A DNA stretch of 64,000 nt from positions 669,715-733,714 of the forward strand of contig JAKMXF010000188.1 of the NCBI GenBank assembly GCA_024704765.1, read 5' to 3'. A program made the translations under genes and the position numbers. This DNA comes from Oopsacas minuta. Lineage: Eukaryota > Animalia > Porifera. Of the stretch, positions 22,408-31,896 are shown piece by piece; positions within the stretch are counted from its first letter, which is position 1; each line of letters starts with the position of its first letter. Below the pieces are notes generated by a model. The model was not told the origin of the DNA. It did no database searches and was given only the letters and a program-made list of their open reading frames with translations.

Positions 22408-23664
22408 ATGTTTGGTTCTACTACACAAACGATCTATTTTGATACTTCCAAGAAAGAACAATTTTCTCTGACTAATGGTTTGAAGATTCTATCTCAGAAA
22501 CTGAAATCTAAATGGAGACTTCTCTCTTGGAAAGATGATATCTCTATGCTCAGCTTAACCCCTGGACAGGTGTATATAATCCCTGGTCCGTGTGAGAAGT
22601 TCTCAGCTGGAGAGATCAAAGCAATCGCTCAGTTTTTAGAATCTGGAGGTAACCTGATAGTACTCCTGGGGGAGGGAGGGGAGAACAAGTATGACACCAA
22701 TATTAACTTCCTGCTGGAGGAGTATGGTATTATGGTAAATTCAGACTCTGTAATTCGTACTTCTTATTTCAAATATTTTCATCCTAAAGAAGTGTTGATA
22801 ACTGGTGGCCTGCTTAACCGCGAGATAACAAAGGCATCCCTATCACTTCACCATAGTAATGATGGTAACGAGCTCACAATGAATCTGCTATATCCGTTTG
22901 GTTCAACAGTGAGTATTAGAAAACCTGCTATACCTATAGTATCCACTGGAAACGCTTCTTACCCTCTCAACAGACCTGTGTGTGCATTTGCTAAGGCTGG
23001 TAAAGGAAAGATAGCAGTGCTAGGCTCAGTTGCATTTATTAGTGACAATTATATAGAGAAGGAAGATAACTTTCTTTTGCTAGAGATTATACTGGAATGG
23101 CTTACAGGGAATAGTATCAACATTAATCAGATTGATGCAGATGATCCTGATGTATCTGACTACTACTATCTCCCTTACACTTGTAAGCTAGCTAACAGAG
23201 TATACTTCTCATTGCAAGAGTGTGATGAGGTACCACGTGACTTCACTCGTCTCTACAATCACTCTCTATACACATTAGACTCTAGTGTCCTGCCGAATGT
23301 TTTAGAAGCTTACAAAGAGTTCCAAATCAAGCATGAGCCTCTCCAGCTCATCTCTCCTCAATTCGAAGCTCCCCTACCCTCTCTAAACGCAGCTGTATTC
23401 CTCCCTGAGCTGAATGAGAGTGCTCCTCCCCTGTTGGAGCTATACGACCTAGATGATCACTTCTCCTCTCCAAGGATACGATTAGCTCAGCTGACTAACA
23501 AATGTACTGATACAGACCTGGATTACTTTATCCATGAGGCTGCTAAGATATTGGGCGTGGACGATAAGGTATCCTCACAAGAACGGACTTCTAAGCTATA
23601 TCTGGAGTTAATTCTATCTCAGTTGATGGAGTTTAAGTTATCTTCTATTGATGAGCAGTATTAG
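22408..23664 (+). CDS. IFT52: Intraflagellar transport protein 52, single exon, 418 aa
   Basis: Near-diagnostic segments GPCEKFSAGE, LLGEGGENKYDTNINFLLEEYGIMVNSDSVIRTSYFKYFHPKEVLI, LYPFGSTV, STGNASYPLNRPVCAF, DADDPDVSDY, PQFEAPLP, LELYDLDDHFSS, RLAQLTNKC. Confidence 0.97.
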   Translation: MFGSTTQTIYFDTSKKEQFSLTNGLKILSQKLKSKWRLLSWKDDISMLSLTPGQVYIIPGPCEKFSAGEIKAIAQFLESGGNLIVLLGEGGENKYDTNINFLLEEYGIMVNSDSVIRTSYFKYFHPKEVLITGGLLNREITKASLSLHHSNDGNELTMNLLYPFGSTVSIRKPAIPIVSTGNASYPLNRPVCAFAKAGKGKIAVLGSVAFISDNYIEKEDNFLLLEIILEWLTGNSININQIDADDPDVSDYYYLPYTCKLANRVYFSLQECDEVPRDFTRLYNHSLYTLDSSVLPNVLEAYKEFQIKHEPLQLISPQFEAPLPSLNAAVFLPELNESAPPLLELYDLDDHFSSPRIRLAQLTNKCTDTDLDYFIHEAAKILGVDDKVSSQERTSKLYLELILSQLMEFKLSSIDEQY

Positions 23665-24246
23665 TACGAATTATATATTATGAGCATAAGCATTATCTGT
23701 ATGTAAGTCTTGTCCTAATCATGCTATTTGTGTTGTATATTTGATAACGGGATGATTCTTATGTAAGCCAGGTTGTCCCAAACTAATAGATCTAATTTCT
23801 CATCTAAATATATTTAGAGAACATCCCACTACTTAGATAGCTACAGTCTTTTAGCCTCGAATTTACTTATTTTGCCCTTATTTGAAAAGGTGTAACTGTA
23901 AATTTATTGTTTGTAGTTCTTGTTGTTGAATTCTTATTCTCTTAGATTTATTCGTCAAGTATTGTTTGAATACATAGTTTTAATCTAACGTCACTCACAG
24001 AGTTTCAGAATAAGAATAAATTATAGCTAGGAATAAGCTAGGGGATTAATAGATTGAGCTAAAGTAACGTATTTCCTCAATGATAGCCGATTAAAGAGGA
24101 ATTAATTATTGCTCGAGCAACCAGTTTAGTGAATACAATATTTGTCAGCGGCGAAGTTGAGAATATTCAAGATTAAAATTTCAAACGCATTATTCTCAAT
24201 TTCATCTTCTTCTCGGTCTTGGGGTGAGCCTTTCTGTTACAGTCAT

Positions 24247-24713
24247 CAGTGGCGGCAAAGGGCTGAGTTATCTTTATGGAGCGGACAATATTCAATACCT
24301 GAGTGGGCTTCGCTTACTCGCGCTATGTGGCTTGCGAACATTAAGTGTCCGGGTATGCTCGGCACTTAGCACCTCGAATTGAGTAAATTATATCTATCAT
24401 TAAAATCCAAAAAATTTACATAGTATCAAACTTGGAATGCGATATATGGAATCAGCCTACTGTGTTACCACTGTGTTGTGATTAGAGCAAGTCTATATCT
24501 ATATTATGAGATTTATATGATTTGTTTATTTTATCTTCTTTAAAACAACAAATTTACACATGATTACCTTAATTATTATTATTGATTAATAATTCGTAAA
24601 TTTCATATTGTTATTGTGCGGTCCTAATTAGATACAAGTCCTATACCCACTCTTAACTGATGGGGCGCTAGCCCAATCTAGCCCCATCTAGCCCCATGCT
24701 TGCGCCGCCACTG
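24247..24713. mobile_element. hAT-like non-autonomous element containing a Helitron-like fragment
   Basis: TIRs CAGTGGCGGC and GCCGCCACTG; flanks ACAGTCAT and ACAGTCAC (7/8). The interior at about 24300-24560 resembles 32101-32280. Confidence 0.7.
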
Positions 24714-25727
24714 ACAGTCACCAATATGCTTTAATAATTCTTGTTGGATAACCAAATTTAACGTATATAACCTACACGCATGGTTTGTGTACAACCTTTT
24801 TGTATAATTTACATACGATTGTTAGCTATAGCTATAGAACGATCATGGCTTTATTAATATTTAGATAATATGAGGATGTAATGTATCAATACAGTGATTA
24901 TACACCTCATTCAATGCAGATGTATATATGTTATGCTAGTTGATCGTGTCATTTAATGGTATTAGAATTCCTATATTAACTCTATCAGCAAATTAATACA
25001 GATTCTTACTCAGTATAATAGTCAATGTATAGAATATTAAATTGTATGATAAAACACTCACATTGGCGTATTTCTAGACATGAGATATCTATAATCATTG
25101 TTGTGTTAGAACTTCGTATCGTTATCTAATTTCTCGTGACAACATTGTTACGATTTTATCTCAGATTGAGTAATCTAACCTCATTCACCTTTGCTACTTC
25201 TTACCACCTATAAATATGGATGAATTATATCCAATATTCCATAATTAGTTAAGCTTAGTACCTGGGGTAGTAATATAAAAAATTACGATTTTGTGAATAC
25301 AGATTTCCCATGCTGTTCTAACTGAAATTTATTATAATATTACAAGAGAATAATTGTCTGTCTGTCTGTCACGTCATTTTCGGGTATACCAGTTCTCGTA
25401 GAAGTTAAGGTTCATACGAAACTAAGCGTAATGGTCTAAAACCTTGGGAAACAGAATTACAATCATTCCATCTCTTTGAGATTTAGTGACAAATGTCTAT
25501 GCAAATCAGATCAACATTAGTAAGCTATACTAAGTTGAATATTTCTTGTCTGAGAGCGTTCTTAGGATTGAAATTCTGTAGTGGGAGTTTACTTTGAGTT
25601 TAGGAAACTTTTTGAAACAATTATACTGCCTGTATATATTTGTTTTGAATAAATAAGCATTTTGTGCTTGTGTGTGTGTCTTATCTGAGTACGTATATTT
25701 TATAATTTCCTTCACTAGATAGCTAAA

Positions 25728-28700
25728 ATGCAACTCTACTATCGCTTCCTGTTGATATCATGTCTACTGGGTACAACCTTTGGCATGCAGTTGTTGGGAG
25801 CTAACCGCTGCACCTGGGGTCCCAGCTGGTGGTGTATTAACGAAACTACTGCTAATGACTGCGGCGCAACACAACATTGTATTGATAATGTATGGCAGAT
25901 TCCAGCAACTAAGAAACAACAATCCAAGGCAATGGAAAACTTCCTTAAAAATCCTTTAGGTTTGCTACCAATCGGAATCATACCACAGCCCGAACATAGC
26001 GTAAGGTTAACTCAGGACGCGTGTGACACCTGTTTGAATCGAGTACTAGAAATTAAAATTCTTATCAAGGATAATGCTACTAGTGAGGGATTCGAGAAAC
26101 TTCTTATAAATGAATGCATTAAATGGTTTAACAACGAGGACTCTTGTTACGAAATAATATCACATTCCAGTGAAGCTATATTCAGCATTATCAAACGCTC
26201 ATCTCCTGAACAGGTGTGTGACTTGGTATTACAATGTGGCAACACATGTAGTGAATGTAAGAGCGGCGTAGTTGTTGTTGAGAAGGCTCTTAGTCAGAAT
26301 TTAACTGATCAGGAAATAGTATACTTATTTATTGAGTTTTGTGCTAAGCTAGGTCCATACTCAGGTGAGTGTAAAGCCGCGGTTACTTCACGAATGGATC
26401 TTGTTATTGACGATTTGATTGACTTCCTGCAAAATGATCCTTGTGGTAGCCTAGGTGCTTGTGACTCATCTCTTCAACTAGTTTCTTCTGATGTTGAATG
26501 TACACTTTGTCTGTTTATTTGGGAATATGTTGTACACGAAGTTTCTCTGAACTCAACTGAAGAAGAGATCAAGAATGCATTGAAAGAGATATGCCAATAT
26601 CTAGGCAAGTTGAAGGATATCTGCAGTAACTTTGTCGATACTAACGTAGGTGATATAATTGTTGACATATTGAATAATGAATCACCACACAAATTCTGCA
26701 CACAAATTAAAGCTTGTAATAGCTCCAGTACTTTCGCATTATCTCCTCTACCTAAGCAAACTACATCAGCTCTACTCTGCAGTGCTCTAGCTAGCATATT
26801 CCAATCATTATTCAGCACAGATCTAATTGTACGATCTTTAGTTCAGGTGTTCTATATGACATGTAACATGCTGCCTGATGACACAGCTGTGGAGAATTGT
26901 CAGTCCTTCGTTATGCTCTACGTAGCTGGTATCTTACAGATAATCAATGCTGCTCTCCCCGTATCATATCTATGTATTGCCTTCCTGGGGAATAACCCTA
27001 ACGCTATTTCCAATATATATGATAATTCCATAGAATTCAGCCCAGCAGTTCACGGAGAAATAGAATGCGCTATTTGTGAGCTAGTACTAGAAATAGTGAG
27101 AATGGATATAGATACTAACAAATCTGTTAAGGACATACAAAATGACGTCAACATGACATGTCAGTTGCTTCCTGAAGGGACAATCAGAAAGGATTGTGAA
27201 TCAGGTGTTCTATTAGTCCCAGTTGTGTTAGATCTGCTAGCTCATAATTGTGTTCCGCATGAAATTTGCTATGTCCTTACTGCATGTCCAAATAACTCCT
27301 CTATAGAGACAACAACACTTGCTAAGCATGCCACACAGGTTGAGAGTTTTGATGTAACTTGTTTCGCCTGTAAAACGGGTGTTCAGCTGACGTTCTCATT
27401 CCTCGCCAGCAACCACACTGTGCAAGAAATGATATATATTATAAACGGTCTCTGTACTATAGTTAGTCCTAATTATGGATGTGAGGGGTTTCTCCAGGAT
27501 CTACTACCTCCACTATTGAATTATCTGCAGCAACAGTTCTCTCCTGAAGAGGTGTGTATAGGTATTGGGATGTGTCAGAATGATGAGGTAGGAGGCTACA
27601 CCGTGGATAAGAATGCTCCTATTGAAGAGAGTGAAGATATAGGATGTCTTGTATGTAGTGCATTAGCTACTTTACTTGATGATTACACTGGGTCTTATAG
27701 TGAAAATACAATAATTAGCGTTGCTAGTGCTTTGTGTAATCAGTTCGGTGAGTTTAGTGATGAGTGTAAAACTATCGTAGCGAATAACTTACCTAATATT
27801 ATCGAAAAACTGAGAGCTGGAGAATCTCCACAACAACTATGTGCTGAGGTTAAACTATGTCAGGCTGTTACATCTCGTGTCTCTGCCTCGCTAATGAAGG
27901 TTATAGCTGATAAAGATGAGGATCAGTGTGACACGTGTTTGGATGGTATTGACAGTATAAAGAGCATGTTAGCTAATAAGGGAGAAGATTATACTAAAGA
28001 CTATCTAATACAACAATGTATTGCTGCGTATTCTAAGATTATCTGTAATGAAGCTATTTCTCATTTGATTAAGATTATTCAGACCGGAGAGGATCCTTCT
28101 GATATCTGCTCTCAGCTAAATTTATGCAGTCTTGAGCCTGGATTGGAAAGTTATATTGATTGTGATACTTGTTTGAAATACGGGAAAGAATTAGAAAACA
28201 GAATAACTGATGAGACTTCTCAAGACGATTTTGATGATATTTTGTTCAATGTTTGCAGGCAGAATGCGAGTAAAACGATTTGTAAAATAGTTGTTAAACG
28301 GTTCTCTCAAGAACTCTTCAAACTAATGGTTACTCAGGGACAGAGCTACGAGCAAATATGTAAAGAAATGGCTGATTGTTCTGTTAGCTCTCCCTCTTTT
28401 GAAGTGAGTAGTAATACTATGTACTGTGCCGAATGCAAGTTTATTATAATGATAACTAAGCAAGCTATTTCTAAAACCAGTGAAGAAGATATTGAAAAGT
28501 ATTTAGATACCCTTTGTAATATGCTTGGAGAAAATCAGTATGAACAATGTAAGTATTTACTCGACTCTTTTATCAGCAAACTTTACGAAATTCTCAATGG
28601 TGATATGAGTGTTACTGAATTATGTGAAGAAATCAATGCTTGTTCCTCGCAACAGGTTACTTTACAGAAAACCTACTTACAACTCTGGGAGGAGTTGCAG

Positions 28701-28976
28701 CAGTCTCCCAGCACTGATTGTATCCTCTGCACTTGGATTAGTCAGTCTATACATCCACAGCTAATTGATATGTATTCGCATGAATCTTTGAAGTACAAAC
28801 TAGCTTCCAAATGCGCTAAACTACCTTTACATAATCAAGCTAGTTGCGAGGAGTTTGTTGAGAACAATTATTTCATTTCTGCTCTTAAGTCCAACTCCAA
28901 TTCTCCTATCTGTCAAGCTATTAATATCTGTCAGGGCAAGTCTAGAACTCCGGCTGGGTTTTCTCTTTTCATTTAA
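25728..28976 (+). CDS. Prosaposin-like precursor: signal peptide, one saposin-A module and 11 saposin-B domains, single exon, 1,082 aa
   Basis: Hydrophobic leader MQLYYRFLLISCLLGTTFG; SapA-type CTWGPSWWC..A..CGATQHC..VW; then eleven C-x2-C...C...C...C-x5-C units counted by hand. Confidence 0.93.
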   Translation: MQLYYRFLLISCLLGTTFGMQLLGANRCTWGPSWWCINETTANDCGATQHCIDNVWQIPATKKQQSKAMENFLKNPLGLLPIGIIPQPEHSVRLTQDACDTCLNRVLEIKILIKDNATSEGFEKLLINECIKWFNNEDSCYEIISHSSEAIFSIIKRSSPEQVCDLVLQCGNTCSECKSGVVVVEKALSQNLTDQEIVYLFIEFCAKLGPYSGECKAAVTSRMDLVIDDLIDFLQNDPCGSLGACDSSLQLVSSDVECTLCLFIWEYVVHEVSLNSTEEEIKNALKEICQYLGKLKDICSNFVDTNVGDIIVDILNNESPHKFCTQIKACNSSSTFALSPLPKQTTSALLCSALASIFQSLFSTDLIVRSLVQVFYMTCNMLPDDTAVENCQSFVMLYVAGILQIINAALPVSYLCIAFLGNNPNAISNIYDNSIEFSPAVHGEIECAICELVLEIVRMDIDTNKSVKDIQNDVNMTCQLLPEGTIRKDCESGVLLVPVVLDLLAHNCVPHEICYVLTACPNNSSIETTTLAKHATQVESFDVTCFACKTGVQLTFSFLASNHTVQEMIYIINGLCTIVSPNYGCEGFLQDLLPPLLNYLQQQFSPEEVCIGIGMCQNDEVGGYTVDKNAPIEESEDIGCLVCSALATLLDDYTGSYSENTIISVASALCNQFGEFSDECKTIVANNLPNIIEKLRAGESPQQLCAEVKLCQAVTSRVSASLMKVIADKDEDQCDTCLDGIDSIKSMLANKGEDYTKDYLIQQCIAAYSKIICNEAISHLIKIIQTGEDPSDICSQLNLCSLEPGLESYIDCDTCLKYGKELENRITDETSQDDFDDILFNVCRQNASKTICKIVVKRFSQELFKLMVTQGQSYEQICKEMADCSVSSPSFEVSSNTMYCAECKFIIMITKQAISKTSEEDIEKYLDTLCNMLGENQYEQCKYLLDSFISKLYEILNGDMSVTELCEEINACSSQQVTLQKTYLQLWEELQQSPSTDCILCTWISQSIHPQLIDMYSHESLKYKLASKCAKLPLHNQASCEEFVENNYFISALKSNSNSPICQAINICQGKSRTPAGFSLFI

Positions 28977-29288
28977 CAGCACTATTTGCCTACCTTTATT
29001 GTATTTATAGATTTGATTCTGCATGTCAACCCCTTGTTATTTACCTTTGTATTTTAGCGGCAGTATATTGTACTATTCACTGTTTGTAAGTATTTACTGC
29101 ACATTATTGTATGTACTAAAAAGATATACGATTTAGGACTTCTTTGTACTGTATTATCTTCTTTTTAATAAAATCATTTATTCTTTCTTTAATTAATTAT
29201 AGATTTGTGAATTTATTCGACGTAATGATATGAGGGTATTGTATCTAGCTGTAAATATGTAAAATGAAATTGTTTTCATATTTCGGTA

Positions 29289-29505
29289 CCGTAATATGGG
29301 GCTACTTTTGTCCAAATATTGAAGTTTTCTTAAAATATCGATATTATCTGGAAATAAACTTCAAAATGATAATGTATATTTTAACATTTCCTTAAATTTG
29401 TCTAGTCATTTTCAGGTTTACCACAGAATCATCTCGACATTTCTTAAAAGTTCAATATTTTGGGGTAAAATAAACCTAGTGGGCCAAAGTAGCCCCATTT
29501 TACGT
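29289..29505. mobile_element. pogo-like MITE
   Basis: TA|CCGTAATATGGGGCTACTTTTG at the left end and CAAAGTAGCCCCATTTTACGT|TA at the right end. Confidence 0.6.
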
Positions 29506-30187
29506 TATACACGTTATTAATTTATGTACTGTTTCAGCAAATATATTGCAACGTCATAAAGTGCTCGACAATATCAAAATTTGTTGATTATTAGCCAACA
29601 TCTTCGATTTCGATTCCTGAAACAGAGGCATAGCCTCTATAAAGAAGGTAATGTTTAGGTGGCTTACTAAGTCATTAGGCTTGGGATTTGGTTACCACTG
29701 AGCCACCTAATTTGTCGAGAACTGCAAATTGAATCAGAATTTCGCATTTTCCAGTTTCTCATATGTAAATTTATTTTTGCTTTAATGAATACAAGTAAGC
29801 AAATATTTGAAATCTTGAAATAATCATATAGACTTGCTTAACGCTTATACATAGGTAATCAAGTACGCTCACTACCGCCTCACTAAGCTGAATCCAAATT
29901 TTGCATTTTCAAGTTTCTTATATGTAAATAGTTGTTGTTCTTATAGTTGTTGTTTTTATGAATGTAAAGTGAACAAATGTCTAAATTGCCACAACAACTC
30001 CGTGTTCAATGGTTATCCTAGTGTAAGGGGTACGCAGTTTTCAATTACGATGATTGATTGTCAACAACGTCTTGTGAATATTAGTGTATCTATTATTTCT
30101 AGATGCCTACTTCTAGTGCAACTGGAGAAGTTGAATTTGAGCTTCAAATCAGACAATTAATACATAAAATTGAAATTCAGTTTTGTG

Positions 30188-30757
30188 AAACAAACGTAAT
30201 CCAATATACTGTAAACAAACGTAATCCAATATACTGTAAACAAACGTAATCCAATATACTGTAAACAAACGTAATCCAATATACTGTAAACAAACGTAAT
30301 CCAATATACTGTAAACAAACGTAATCCAATATACTGTAAACAAACGTAATCCAATATACTGTATACAAACGTAATCCAATATACTGTAAACAAACGTAAT
30401 CCAATATACTGTAAACAAACGTAATCCAATATACTGTAAACAAACGTAATCCAATATACTGTAAACAAACGTAATCCAATATACTGTATACAAACGTAAT
30501 CCAATATACTGTAAACAAACGTAATCCAATATACTGTAAACAAACGTAATCCAATATACTGTAAACAAACGTAATCCAATATACTGTAAACAAACGTAAT
30601 CCAATATACTGTAAACAAACGTAATCCAATATACTGTAAACAAACGTAATCCAATATACTGTAAACAAACGTAATCCAATATACTGTAAACAAACGTAAT
30701 CCAATATACTGTAAACAAACGTAATCCAATATACTGTATACAAACGTAATCCAATAT
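30188..30757. repeat. Minisatellite with a 25-bp unit (GTAAACAAACGTAATCCAATATACT), about 22.8 copies
   Basis: Direct reading of the array. The only variant seen is A>T (GTATACA) at 30364, 30489 and 30739. Confidence 0.97.
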
Positions 30758-31066
30758 GAAATATAGTAACTGAAGTCAACGTTAGTTGAGGAGAATTATA
30801 TAAAATGGTGAATTCTTTTGGATTGATATAAAATAAGGGTGCCCGTATCTTGGAGGTCCGGATCTCGGAGGTTCGACTGTATTACATTTATCTTAGAATA
30901 ACTTGAATAACTTGACATTAACCTCCTTCTCACAGGGTCCCATTGAACTGGCTCATGTGTCTACTCATCTTCTATATATTTCAATCTACACATTTTCCAT
31001 CAAATGTCTCAATATAATTATACTTAATGTCTTTTATTCTATCCTAATAAGCTCCATCTACACAGC

Positions 31067-31863
31067 ATGGTATCTGTTGGTGCTGATCCACTTTCTGTTT
31101 TTCTTCGCATACGGCCATTCTCAGCTAAAGAGAGTTCTGATGATGGAAATAATATATCTTGTATCAAAGTTCTAAATAATTCAGAGTTGATAACCATCCC
31201 TCCTCTGTGCTCTCACGCACACAAGGGCCTCCAGAAGGTAACTGTTGACAAGGAGATATGAATATACTCTTATACCATTTTGTTTAATTTACAAGCTGTT
31301 TTTCTTATTAATTAGGGAGTGAGTGATATTCAAACTTTGTTCAGCTTCACTAGAATATTCGATGATAATACTGGACAGAAAGATTTTTATGATTCAGCTA
31401 TTCTGGATTATATTCAGGACTTTCTGAAAGGTAAACTTTCTTATTATTCAATTAGGTAATTATTAGGATGTAGTATACTCCGCTTATAGGGTTACACACT
31501 CTATTTGCATGGTTCTGTCTCTGACCAGGTTACCCTATTATTCTGGACTCAAAGCTTCACCAGTGACTCTACAAATAGAGTCTATTGTATGGAGAATTTG
31601 TTAAAACTTTGGTAGAGGAGTCTTAATATAAGTTTGTTAAGTATTCTGGTACTACACATTTTGTCAAAACAACACAATACGGATTATATCATATCCATAA
31701 AGCCTCGTACCACTTAAATTTTCTTTTCCACATCTTTGAATAACCCCAAAGTGGAGTATTGGAATCTCAGAATTCAGAGCCATACAACACCTCTACTACT
31801 TTACAGCTGAGCGAACACAATTGCACAATACTACTATATTTGTGTTGTGTTATGTTGCTTTTG

Positions 31864-31896
<33 letters not shown>

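Noticed and set aside
30188-30757. CRISPR-like regular repeats
   Set aside because: The units are directly adjacent with no unique spacers, no cas genes are present, and the context is eukaryotic.
30149-30779. Three overlapping ORFs of about 200 aa with a 25-aa repeat
   Set aside because: They result from a 25-bp unit with no stop on the minus strand; all three frames give the same cyclic peptide, and there is no sign of a real gene.
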